Part shown: positions 27,020 to 39,865 of the stretch, one piece after another | Layout of the letters: every line of letters begins with the position of its first letter | Numbering within the stretch: the first letter of the stretch is position 1 | Source: Chara braunii | Lineage: Eukaryota > Plantae > Charophyceae | DNA length: 64,000 bases | Direction: 5' to 3' | Assembly: GCA_003427395.1 (NCBI GenBank) | Contig: BFEA01000001.1 | Span: forward strand, 12,198,961 to 12,262,960 | Notes under the pieces: generated by a model | Told to the model about the DNA's origin: nothing | Seen by the model: the letters and a program-made list of their open reading frames with translations, nothing else | The model's database searches: none | Position numbers and translations under genes: made by a program

Positions 27020-27645
27020 AAAGAAATTTCGGCATCACTTCCCTAGAAAAATGTCTCTTCATAATTTATACTTAGATAAATATAAAAATTAAAATAAAAT
27101 TTTGACTTTAAGAGCCAAAATTTTATCTAACTCTCTGAATTAGTAAAATTTTCGGCAACACTTCCTCTAGTGAGAAATACTTCTAAGATTTATATTAAGT
27201 CGGATGTAGCTAAAAGACAAAAGTTAAGTTCTGTAAAAGCAAAATTAAACTAACTTTTTAGATTTGTATAAATTTTTGTAACACTTCGTCTGACAAAAAT
27301 AATTTTTCAAGATTAATAATACAAAGTTAAATATGAGTTTCAGAGATAACCCTTTGACTTTTACAAAAGTTAAATTTTATCTTACTTTCTAAGTTAGTAA
27401 AAATTTCGGCAACACTTCCTCTAGGAAGGTAAGATTTTAAGACCAATACTAAGCTCGATATAAAATCAGACAAAACTTTGAAAAACTTCGATTTTTTTTT
27501 TTAAACAAAATTTTAACTAACTTCTTGGATTTGTAGCAATTTCGGCAACATTTTCCTTAACGAAAATGTCTTTCGGAATATATATAAAGCTAAATATACA
27601 GTCGTTGCTACTTAACTTTGCAAAAACAAAAATTGATCTAACTCC
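27020..27645. repeat. Degenerate tandem array, about 125-bp unit, 5 copies
   Basis: AATTTCGGCAACACTTCC-like motif at about 27024, 27147, 27270, 27401 and 27537. Confidence 0.75.
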
Positions 27646-27833
27646 TATGACTCCAACACATGACGAACATTTAAAGTAACTGCCTATCAGAAAATAACTT
27701 AGAGTAGGCTCACAACTAAAATAGACAGATGAAACTAAAACAAGTCTCTCACAAAAACCCACAAGTCGCCTTTACATAACCCGCAGATAATTAACCATTT
27801 ATCCCATCTTACATTGCACATTGCGTGTGGCTT

Positions 27834-28726
27834 GACCATTCACGTTTAGAAACAAAGTATAGCCTACCTTGAGTTGTTTAAAATACAAGTTATAATAATT
27901 ATTTGAACCTTGCCTTCAATATAGGCATAAGGCTGAGTTATTCATCTTAGAAACAAGGTTTAGTCTGCTCAAGTCACCTTCACTTCTAACTCTTAATTGT
28001 ACTTCTCTCTGGTATGATAAAGCTATAGTCAGACCATGTATCTTGTAAACAAAATTTAACTACCCTTGTTCATATAAACATATATGTATATAGTAAAATA
28101 CAGAAAAAATATATTTTAGCTTTCCATTAAGCCACTTGAATACTACCCCAACCTTGCTGGAAAAAAAAACTCGTCGCCTACTAAATTTTCGGAGGCCCAA
28201 CGCCGTAGATAAATTCAATCGGCGGAAGACAACCTCCGAAAATGATCCGCAACCGATAGTTGGATGTAGTGGTGGTTTAAGTAAGTGATTTCATACTAAT
28301 TCATTAAGCTTAAAAACAAAGTTTGGTCCTTTCCCTGTATCTGCCTTAAAATTCAACGTTCAAGGAGTTGAGTCATTAATCTTAAAATCAAAGTTCAACC
28401 ATTTCTTCAAGAACACAATGAAAGTAGAGTACTATGGGTCATTCACCTTAAAAACAATACCTAGAGTCTGTCCAGAAACCATACAAATCAAATAAGCGGT
28501 CATATCATTCATCTTTAAAAACAAAGTATGACCTCTGAAAATCATTCAAGCAGAACCTCAAAGAAACAACAATCATACCATTCATCTTGTAAACAAGATC
28601 TGGTTGTGAAAAAAACGAGTCGAAAAAACATAGCAACCAGAACATTCGAATTAGAAACAATATCTGCTTCTTAGGAATATAGAAATAAACACATCGGTCA
28701 GACCATTTGTCTTAGACACAAGATTA
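27834..28726. repeat. Spaced array of a motif of about 24 bp (CATTCATCTTARAAACAA) with dissimilar spacers
   Basis: Ten degenerate copies at about 27834, 27937, 28032, 28299, 28371, 28437, 28503, 28576, 28640 and 28701. Confidence 0.65.
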
Positions 28727-31667
28727 ATCTCTTTGATTGACCCAGTCAAACACAAACAAAACCACCTGCCTCTTACCTTCCCCCTATTTATTCTCATTTG
28801 TCCGAGTTCGAATAACAAGATAAATGAGTTTCACAAGCATACATCTGTCGAAAAAGTTGAAGGATGGTTAAGTATCAGTAATGAGGTAGGATGAAGATAG
28901 AGGGAAGAAAACCTATCTTTAGACAAATATAGAAAAGTGACTCAAGGCAAGGTAAGGAGCGATATAGTACTCTTTTCAAAAAATACTAAGCCACTTTACC
29001 AAGGGAGGTCGTATGTTTGGGTTAGTCACCCTGATAACCGTACAATCCCATACCATTTGTTTTTCTCTCTTTTCTCATTTTCCCCCTTCAATATTTTTCT
29101 TCCTCATGCTAAGTCAATAGTCTTATCTAGTGACCTTCCTTATCGACTCCATCTTTCTGAGTTGGTTCCTTACTTGTGTTCCTTACGAGGCATAACGACC
29201 GGACCTTTATATGCAGGTAAAGTAACACTTGCAAGCCTATTAGCTAATAAAAGCTAATAAGTAAGAGGTATAATAGTGCAATACACCGCATTAGTTAACA
29301 CAATACACCTGTGCGGTTAAGGAAATCATGATGCAAGCAATGCTAGGCGGGAACTGTATCGGGGTGAGATAGTAACGGAAATGACCGGGCTATCGAGTAT
29401 GATCATCGATTGAGCACGAGCATAAATATAAGTAAAGCTAGATTGAGTTTACTATTTCTCTCTCTACTCTTTATGGTTTAAAGATCTTTCGCTTAGTAGC
29501 TAGCCATGAAAACTTGTTTACTTGCTCGAGATGACACTTTGTTTTCATAACAGTTAAAGTATCCTCGTTCATCCTCGGATCGCATCAAATCAAAAAAAGA
29601 GGAGACATGACATGCTCATGAGCAGTAGACGTTACGACTTAGTGTTCCAATGTATTATAACCGCCCTAACTTATTAGGAATCATTATGACGCTATAACTA
29701 TCACAATAGATTCAAAGCATATTGAGGATAAACCAAGATAGTGAGAAGGATATATGTTGTCATCCTACTTGTAAAACAGTCACTAACATTCTGAATTAAA
29801 CATATAAATAAAAGACCTGTTAAACTAATAATTCAAATAAGTGACGAAACTCAAATCAAGGCAAAAAATAACTAATAAAATTTGCATATGGGCGGTTTAA
29901 AAGCAGATGAATGTAATATTACTAAACTCGTACTTCATTGGGAATGACAATGTTGATATAATCTAATGAGAAAACAAACTAATAACTTATCACTAAGTTC
30001 GACGCTAACATGGAAGTTCAATTGATGACTTAAACAAAGGAGGACGTAGACATAGACATCACACGATGTGTTGAACAACATGAGTTACTAAGCATTAAGA
30101 ATTAGGAGTCACCTCATAGTTGTGATGTCTCGATGATTATCATGTTTGTCCCTTTTTAAGGGTTTTATCCTTTTATCCCTGCATCCCCAGTTCCACTTCC
30201 TGCTACTAACTCGCTTGTCATTAGCAAATCACATTTGATCACAGGACATAAGATGTTGAGACAACAATACTTCTTGAAGTGCATATGAAGGCTAAACAAG
30301 TATCAATGCCTCTCTTACATATAACAGTGATTACTCTCACAAATTACACTACAACTGTCTAAAACCACTACTTGAAATGACTATCATAATTTTACATTGT
30401 TGATAATGACTCTAACTATGTTAGAGTCTATGACAGAGATATCTCTAAGATATTTGACAAAATCCTGCTATGGATTTCATAAGCGTTAGGAATTCATACT
30501 TAAACTAGCTTTTGTTAGTATATGAGGACATCGAAAGTAAGTCCCTCATAATTTTCATCTACAATAAACTCAGGACTAAGTATTTCTTATTTTATACAAG
30601 AAGTAGCCCAAAAACACGGTTAAGATGTAACCTTGATAGTTAAACTATTCGTAACGACTCCCTATTAAGGAAATCATGACTGAAAAAATCATTCACTAGG
30701 ACCTGTAAACTTTTCAGCATCCAACTGTTATTGTCTCTATTATTTGACACATCTCAAAGACGTGGTGGGTTTTTTACCTTCTAACGTGGTAAGTTATACA
30801 TTTACTAGATAGTTTCACTACACATAGAACGAAAGTATGTCATAACCTTACAACTTATACATGGNNNNNNNNNNNNNNNNNNNNNNNNNNNNNNNNNNNN
30901 NNNNNNNNNNNNNNNNNNNNNNNNNNNNNNNNNNNNNNNNNNNNNNNNNNNNNNNNNNNNNNNNNNNNNNNNNNNNNNNNNNNNNNNNNNNNNNNNNNNN
31001 NNNNNNNNNNNNNNNNNNNNNNNNNNNNNNNNNNNNNNNNNNNNNNNNNNNNNNNNNNNNNNNNNNNNNNNNNNNNNNNNNNNNNNNNNNNNNNNNNNNN
31101 NNNNNNNNNAATGGAGATATAGACAAGGAAAGTAGTACGAAAGCAAAGCTAACTTAAATCTGTGTACACTAGGTAAAGGTAAATAAAATAGTTAGTCATG
31201 CATTTATCTCTCCTTTGTCCCTTAAGAATTTTATAGAGTCCATGTAGTCGTAAGCCTCTCAATGACTTATGCCGATAGACGTGGTCACACCGACAAATAT
31301 CCCGAGTACGTAAATAGAAGGAAGAATCTAGCACACACAGACACCTCCCTCAAATCGTTAACCTGACTTCTAACCACTATGTAAAAGTATTACACTCACT
31401 AGTCTTTTTGATATGGACTTCTAACTACTCTATACCCATGTCCGTTCTTTAAGGACGTTCGTAGGCGAAGTCCCAAAGAATGCAATATCAGTTTGCATTG
31501 TCAATGTAACTCCAAACTCTCACATATAACATTCTTAACATCCAGCCAATGATAATTTAACTCATATGTCATAAGCTATATTAACTTATCTAAAGGTTGT
31601 CGTTTTGCCGTGATCATCGTCTTACCATACCCCAGTTCGTTCACTCAGGACCTCAGCAGGAAAACGA

Positions 31668-31687
31668 GATCCCCGACAACGGCGCCA
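31668..31687 (-). other. Primer-binding site complementary to tRNA-Asp 3' end
   Basis: Minus strand TGGCGCCGTTGTCGGGGATC, 19/20 to the plant tRNA-Asp 3' end including CCA. Preceded by ...GGCA plus 2 nt, which is LTR-end geometry. Confidence 0.65.
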
Positions 31688-31820
31688 CCTGCCATAATAA
31701 TTATAATAATAAGTCATAATAATTCGTTCTACCTACGCTGACGACTAGATACATTCACGTCGGATTTTACACGGAGGGATGATTGTTGACTAACAATTAT
31801 GTTTCTCTCTCTCTCTTTCT

Positions 31821-31860
<40 letters not shown>

Positions 31861-33238
31861 CACACACATCCCCTAACAAACTAACCAATTCAACAAGTTT
31901 CTGATACCTGCACATACACCATCACATGCTAGACCTCCACCCAACTCAAGCATAGACATACATTTATAAATATATGGCTTGTACTCAGAAATTTACACAC
32001 ACCGTACCACTCATTAATACATAAACACCCCTTCCTTCCCCCAAATAAAAGCGCAAGGCTTTCAATCCACGCATAACCGACACCCCTGCACACCCCACAA
32101 ACAGATTGTACAATTAACACAATATTCCTGAAAATATATTAAAAAAAACAGAATTTTTTTCGCAAAAAACAAAATTGAAACGACACAACACAAAACAGGG
32201 CGCCTGAACTGTACACAAGACGAAGCCACCACGGCCAAAACAAAAGACACGATCGACACCCACACACATAAGCCAAATTGAACCAGTCCTTGACAATCCA
32301 AATACGACATAAGCGGGCCACACACAAAAGACAGAATGAAATGCAACACAACGCATAACACAGACCGACGAGACGAACCCACAATATCGCCATATCCGCA
32401 CTTGAAGTCAAAAATCTTTTTTGGCACACCGCCTCCAAAACATGCCTCCCCACCACTGTGCACTACCAGACATGCAGTCTACCTGTAAACCGGGTAACTG
32501 ATACACTACACATGCACCTCGGGGCATTACCAAACGGGCGGCTCAACTTTGCACCACGCACATCGGCATGCTGCACCCCCGTATACGTAAGCCCCCCCTC
32601 CCCTGACTATGGCTGCCTACCTCACCCCCCAAAAAAAAACCTTCTATACAACCATTCCATGGCCCAAGATAACTATCGCCATCCCCCCTACGCCCCCACT
32701 CCTAACCACATACCGCCCCCAGACTCATGGGGATCCATAGAGCCGGTGACCTCCCAACTTGATCCCATGCATGAGAATATGCAGCCACTACGACCCTCAC
32801 CTCACCATACATGTCCATATATCACGCTTCCACAAACCCTCTCCCCTACACTCTGCAATCTCTCTTCTCGTTTCTCTCTGAAGCAGTACATTCGTGTGGC
32901 ACACTATCCACCCTAGCCTGCTGAATGGTGATTGGTAGTTGCGCTCCTGCACATACAGACGCCGCGCCATAAGCTGGTGCTTCCTGCACCATCTTCGACG
33001 CACGGTGTGTTCTGTAATCGGCAGCAAGGTATACACCTTGAGGTGACCCGGTTTTGCGGTCTTTCACCTCTGCGATTACAAGCGGCAACCTCAAGGCCTG
33101 GTACGATGGCACAAATCAGGGACGACCTCCCCGATGCAGACATCATGGAACACATGGTAAGAGTTACTACTACTCTACCCTATCCTGTTCCCCTATGGCC
33201 CATTCCCTCACCATCTCCTTGGGAGCCAGAGGACTTTC

Positions 33239-33288
33239 CCCCTCTGATGAGCCGTGATTGGCGCTAGCGGCGAAAAGCGCTTTAGGGG
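33239..33288 (+). ncRNA. Minimal type I hammerhead ribozyme motif
   Basis: CCCCU-CUGAUGA-GCCG-(13 nt)-CGGC-GAA-AAGCGCUU-U-AGGGG. 5-bp stem I, 4-bp stem II, palindromic stem III, UUU triplet. Confidence 0.62.
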
Positions 33289-35419
33289 ATGCGCCCCCCT
33301 CCTCCAACAGTATTTATACTGGTGTTGATGGCATTGACTATCTTGCTCCCTACTTCCTTCATCCCTGTTCTCTCTTCCTCCCCATTGCGCAATATGGTGC
33401 TTGTTGTTCCTGCCACAGACGCGTACAAGGATTGCTGACCGCGACTCCAACGACAAGGCATGTGCTCCTTTTGCTCACAGGATCAATGGTATATCTATGG
33501 TTGTTGGAGATTCCCATATTTGGGTTTCTATGGTTGCATTTTGCACTTCGACACACGCACACTATCGGACACTGTCCTGTCGCAATGCAGGGGTTAAGCC
33601 CACCTGCTGATCTCTACCCACTTGCCAATGATACATACCTTCTCTCTGTGATGTGATCGGGGACATAAGGTTCGTTAGTAGAGTTCTTCCTTTCCTGTAA
33701 GCCTTATGGGCACATGACAACACATGCGTACACTATCACATGCCCTCCCACCAACCCCCTCCACCTCCATAAACGCTCAATCTACACATATGCCCACCCA
33801 CCTATCCCCATCCTTCGACCTAAGTGTGTGACCCATATATACGTTCCCCCCCCTATATAAAACCACCCTCCTATTTAAACGACTTATCCATACACACCCA
33901 CCTCCCAACCATCCTCACCTACCAGTGTGAAAAACCATATATACGACCATCCACCACAACTTATCACCCACCGCAATTAGTGTAAATAACACCTCACAAC
34001 TTGCTATACTCAAACTGCCATGCTACGATCCGTTTATACCTACACGACCACTACGAACAAATCTAAAACCGTCACAACTATGGATATGTGAATACACACA
34101 TGAAAGAGCAAAAAATAAGCTCGCAAGCCCCGAAACATTAAACCTAAACTATTCACATACGTCTTCCCTTTAGCCTTAGCTGACATTCACGCAATTACAT
34201 TTAAGGATATACCAAATTAGAAACTTAACTTGTTACCTCTTCTCCCTTGTTTTGGCAAGGCAACACGAGCATTAAATTCCTTACGAGGTTCTAAGTACAT
34301 TCTTCCCTCGTTATATCACTGTTGCTAACAAACATAGCAGGCGCAACACTCCCAAGTTCACACAGTACGCCAACTGTGCTTCGAGAGACTCTGTAAACAA
34401 GTCATGCTTGCCATGATCTATCTCCATATTCTGGTATTTTTTAGATCTGTCTGATTTTATATATATACTTACATATATACATATGCACATATATATACAC
34501 TATATACAGATATATATACATGTATATATATATAAAGAAGACTAAAACATGTGACAAAATATTCCGCCAACGTGGCTAGCCCTCTGCTTTGGTAGATAAT
34601 GTGCCCAGCTAGTGCTAGCAATCTTGTCTGTTCCAAGTCCTGTTGATTCTGTTCCTTTATTCTGTCTATCTTAAGGCGGAGTGATGGTGGTGCTTCATGT
34701 GGGACTGGTAATCGACTTATTGTTTTGCAGGCAAGTGCGTATTCCCATCCTGGTTGGTCTTGTCCCATCATTCGGCCTATAGCTGTCGGAGGCAGTATCT
34801 GCATCTAGGACTTGTAATCTAGGATTGTCATCATGTCGAAAGGACAACTTGGTTGATTCTTTCCCGTTGATTGGCCCTGTGAGAGCGGGGGGCGGTATGG
34901 GAATCGTCGTCCGAGATTGTCTCCTTGATTATCATATGGAGGATCGTAGCTCTGCTTGACCTTTTTATAATTAAGAATGTTTTGACATCTCTCTTTTTGA
35001 GACCTTTGTATTTGGCTCGTTCTCGCCATATTCTGTCTCGAATAAATTTTTATTCCTCCGCCGTTTCCCCACCATAGTCCTTTTCGTGCAACTTATCAAA
35101 TACCTCCTGGTGCGCCTTTTTAGCACAACCCTACTCTCATAACTTCACAAACTCTTCTTACAACTCCTCCCTTAACCTCTCCCCCACTTCATGAACGTCC
35201 CCACCACTACACCATCATCTCCATTTATTCCCACAAGCAGCACAGCATAGAGACCTCTGTCATCGCTAACAATTGTTTATGCTAACCGTCGTAATAAACA
35301 AGGAAAATTGCATAACGCCGGTCTGAAATACCTATGCGTGTATCCTCGCATTCGCTTCGAATATTATACTCGTGATAGAAAAGCCTAACCCGGCATCCGG
35401 GCTATCTGACCTAATATCT

Positions 35420-35456
<37 letters not shown>

Positions 35457-35524
35457 TCACAAATAGAACTGCCCGGTAAACCGTAGGCAGAGAGAGAGAA
35501 TAGGACAACAAACGAGGGGCTGTG

Positions 35525-35584
35525 ACAAACTGTTTGGTCGGAGTTTCACCGACTCATCAGGAGGCTGAACCCTCAACAGTCTGC
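35525..35584 (-). ncRNA. Type III hammerhead copy with core mutation (GAAAC to CAAAC)
   Basis: Identical to 35950-36009 except G12 is C (plus-strand g at 35536); 425 bp away. Confidence 0.75.
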
Positions 35585-35949
35585 AAAATCCCCTCACTGA
35601 TTACACTGTAAATGATAATCTACCTTAACCAAAATCAAAGTAGACTATCACTCACCTACACCAGATGGAAAACTCTACAGACTGTCGATTCACACCCCAT
35701 CACAAGCCAGCAAAACATCCACGAAACAAAGAAAGGTCTGTCACAGCCAAAAAATACACTTCAGACACGCCGCTGACACTAAAGGCACAGCATGGCCGCC
35801 TAGTAACGGCCCCGACCACTGCCGCTCGACCTGACTGGAAAAAACCGTAGCAGGAAGCTAGCGAAGTCGTAGTATATATCGTCACAAATAGAATTGCCCG
35901 GTAAACCGTAGGCAGAGAGAAAGAAGAGGACAACAAACGAGGGGTTGTG

Positions 35950-36009
35950 ACAAACTGTTTCGTCGGAGTTTCACCGACTCATCAGGAGGCTGAACCCTCA
36001 ACAGTCTGC
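35950..36009 (-). ncRNA. Type III hammerhead ribozyme, intact core
   Basis: Minus strand reads GCAGACUGU-U-GAGG-guucag-CCUC-CUGAUGA-GUCGG-ugaaacu-CCGAC-GAA-ACAGUUUGU. This gives a 9-bp stem III, GUU cleavage triplet, 4-bp stem I, full CUGAUGA/GAAA core and 5-bp stem II. Confidence 0.85.
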
Positions 36010-37831
36010 ANNNNNNNNNNNNNNNNNNNNNNNNNNNNNNNNNNNNNNNNNNNNNNNNNNNNNNNNNNNNNNNNNNNNNNNNNNNNNNNNNNNNNNNNNN
36101 NNNNNNNNNNNNNNNNNNNNNNNNNNNNNNNNNNNNNNNNNNNNNNNNNNNNNNNNNNNNNNNNNNNNNNNNNNNNNNNNNNNNNNNNNNNNNNNNNNNN
36201 NNNNNNNNNNNNNNNNNNNNNTTTGTCACAGCCCCTCGTTTGTTGTCCTCTTCTCTCTCTCTGCCTACGGTTTTACCGGGCAGTTCTGTGCCCGGTAAAA
36301 CCGTAGGCAGAGAGAGAGAAGAGGACAACAAACGAGGGGCTGTGACAAACTGTTTCGTCGGAGTTTCACCGACTCATCATATATATATATATATATATAT
36401 ATGTATACAAATTTATGTATATATATATATATATACAAATTTATGTATATATATATATATACAAATTTATGTATATATATATATATATTTATATCTTTTT
36501 AATTAAAAACTCTTTATAGTTTCCTACCTGACCACTTCTCGAGCAGACGAAAAAAATACTTATTACCCATCACCTGACCCTGAGTAATAGAATCCTTTCG
36601 CCTCTTCCCTAAATTAACCTGTAACGTAGTTCGATCTTTGAAATACTGGATATATATATATATGCATATATACGTATATGTATATAACTATGGAGTTTTA
36701 TATATGAGAGTGAAACCTACTTGTGGAAATCACCATTTTGGATGGCTGCCTTTCCTGGTTCTCTGTTTCCTATCTAATTTTTTGCAAAACAAGAATGTTT
36801 GTTCAGACATATAACTAGCAACATGTTATTCTTGGCTGTATCCCGGTTAGTCTGCTCCCGCTGATCGGTCTATTTCATAAGCAGTGCTCCCACGTTGCTT
36901 ATTTCCCTGATGCTTGTCTCTTTGAATCGCGGGGCTATGATTTCGTGTCCATATCCTGGATAATTTCGTCCTACAGCTTGACCTGCAGTTACCCCGGACG
37001 CTGCTTTATGGGAACTATCATCGCCGCCTATCCTACACCCCCATCAACAACCTTGTGTGCAAGTGGTTATGAACAAGAGGATGTTATTAGTAAAAGAGAA
37101 GATTAAGACCTTCCCTCTTCTTCACATCTTCCGCTCTTTTATTCTTGTGACAAAAATATATATACATATATATATCTCTATAAGGATGTATATAATCTTT
37201 TTAAGAAAACACTCCATACAATATTCCTCTCGCTAACCCTGGATTTTTGTAACAGATGCCGTTGCTAATATGTGCACGTGCATGAATAAGTTTATCTCGA
37301 ATTTTGGTTTGCAATGTAAAAATATTTTCGATAATATGCAGTTCCTTCAATTTTTACCAATCTATTGTTTACGCGCACACGCACCAATATCAAGTCTGTG
37401 AAAATCGAGGTAAGATAGCCCCCCCGTACCGCAACCTATTCTGTCGTGCACATCTGATGAACATTGTCTCTACACTCTCTCCCTCTCTCTCTTGCCGCGC
37501 TCTCGCTCTCTCGCTCTCGTTCACTATATCCCTCTCCCCCTCTCTCCCCCCCTCCCTTCCCTCCTCTTTCTCTTCCCCCCTCCCCCTCGCTCTCTCTCTC
37601 TCTCTTTTTTATCAGACTCTCACCCTGTGTCTCGTTATCCCTTCCCTTTTACCTCGGTCGCACCAAGATCAAGTATGTGAATACTCTAGGTTAAGATAAC
37701 CTCTTTGGTTAAATTCCGCTCCGTACCGCAAACTATTCTATCGAGGGCATCTGTCAAAACATTGCTTCTGCACATGTGCTTCTCCTCTTCTCTCTCTCGT
37801 CACGCCCTCTCTCTCTCTCTTTTTTTTTTTT

Positions 37832-37874
<43 letters not shown>

Positions 37875-39865
37875 NNNNNNNNNNNNNNNNNNNNNNNNNN
37901 NNNNNNNNNNNNNNNNNNNNNNNNNNNNNNNNNNNNNNNNNNNNNNNNNNNNNNNNNNNNNNNNNNNNNNNNNNNNNNNNNNNNNNNNNNNNNNNNNNNN
38001 NNNNNNNNNNNNNNNNNNNNNNNTCCCTCTCTCTCTCTCTCTCTCTTCCTCTTGGTTGACCCTCTCTCTTTCCCTCTGTCACTTATTATCCCTTCCTCCC
38101 TCTTACCTCGCTCTCTCTCCCCCTCTCCCCTCTATATATATTTATTTCCTTAAAATCTTTTTTTTGGTAGATACTCAACCACACCCCCCTTGTGGCTTAT
38201 CAATACTCCCTATATTCGCAATAATCACATTACGACACATTTAATGAATTAAGAACTGCAACAACACCCCATGCTCGCAAACCGCCCAAAACTATCGCCT
38301 CATCCACAATTATGAGACAATAATCCACAACGCAGACAGCTTGAGATAACCTGACCACCAAATACGAGCAAACCATTCAAAACGCTCAATGTTGTATATT
38401 CAACAGATATAGAACCACAACCATACATACACTTGATCAATATCACATCCACCCATGTACCGGTTTCACACATCAAACTTAACTATGTATGGTAAGATAC
38501 TCCTGCACTGCTATCGATCAATTAAACACGGATTGCTATGTCAAGCCCCCTCAAATTTCATGCAATGATATAGCAGCACGAGAAACGTCACTAAAATAAC
38601 ACCCTCCCCTCGTTATTGCAAAATCTTCTGTGCAATACACTTGTACCTTGATCCACTTCTGCTATGCATGATAGTATAAACGGATACCGCCAACCCCTAT
38701 TAACCACTAATAACCGTCTTACTCCTTAATTTCCCCCCATAACCCCGGACGCGCGAGGGGATCTCCAACCGACACCCCCCATCCTGCCGACGACACAATA
38801 TTACCTTGATGCTCTGCTGCTAACATAGTCACCAAGGCTCTCAATACGTAGAGTAATATATCCCGTCCGTCTTCACGAGGTCCGATAGGAATCTCCTCAC
38901 CAATCCGACGCAAGAAGAAACGAAGAGAAACTAAAGTTCCTTGCAAGTAAGCAAAGCAGGTCCCCACACGGAGTGCCATCTGTCTGTTTATATTAACATC
39001 ATAAGAACGCGTCATTGTCCGACCCTTCGGAGACGTCCTCCATGACTCCACACCAATCGGAGAATCGCGAAGATGCATGCGCTCCAAAATCAAGATCGTA
39101 TCTCCAGACGCGACGCCATGGTAAACCACGAAAAACTCTATTCTCCTGCACTCTCTGGCGATCAACACTAATATGACCTCCTTCCACTTGCTGCCACTGC
39201 ACAACCGATAATCAAGAATATCTCTCTCCCGACATAACCACCTATCGTATGGGTTTACAACGTCATGCTCGCAACGAGAAGCTATGAAACACACTGACAG
39301 AGTACCCAGCACAAGAGCACACTATGCAAGTGTCGCAATGTCTTGCACATCGGGCAAAGGAAACTCTCTATTCCTTTTTATAATCAACCGCAATCGCGCA
39401 TGCAAGGGAACAATTCCGGAATTATAACACCATCCGCATTTATTCTAGTTAAACTACGAACCAAACCAAGAAGCGAATCCATCCAATGAATAACTAAAAA
39501 AAATGAATCATAAAAAAGTCTAACCAAAAAATTACAACAAAGATGCACGCGCATGCGATGTAATCATCCACCCACATACGAGATTCTCCCCTACCCCTGT
39601 CACATCCTCTGAAGCAAAAAGTGCACTGTGAATATTTAACCCCGAACGATAAAATAAAATAAACCTTTAAAGCAAACTTAATTTCAGATAAATTTTAAAA
39701 TAATTTTACATATAAAATGGAGATAATAATATAAAATAAAAATAAAAATGATAAAATTAAATTAAAATAAAATTAAAAATAAAAATATACACAAAAATAT
39801 TAATTAAAAAATAAAAATAAATTAATAAAAAATATAACATATATATTTAAAAAAAAAAAAAAAAA

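Larger units (their letters stand above)
35453..36379 (-). mobile_element. Hammerhead-bearing tandem non-coding retroelement (retrozyme or Penelope-derived-like)
   Basis: About 130-bp repeat at 35453 and 35878 (period 425), then a gap, then an inverted plus direct copy at 36222-36379. (TA)n lies on both sides. Confidence 0.72.

Noticed and set aside
39567-39580. CCCACATACG as the snRNA USE for the U2 copy
   Set aside because: About 290 bp upstream rather than about 70 bp, and an imperfect match.
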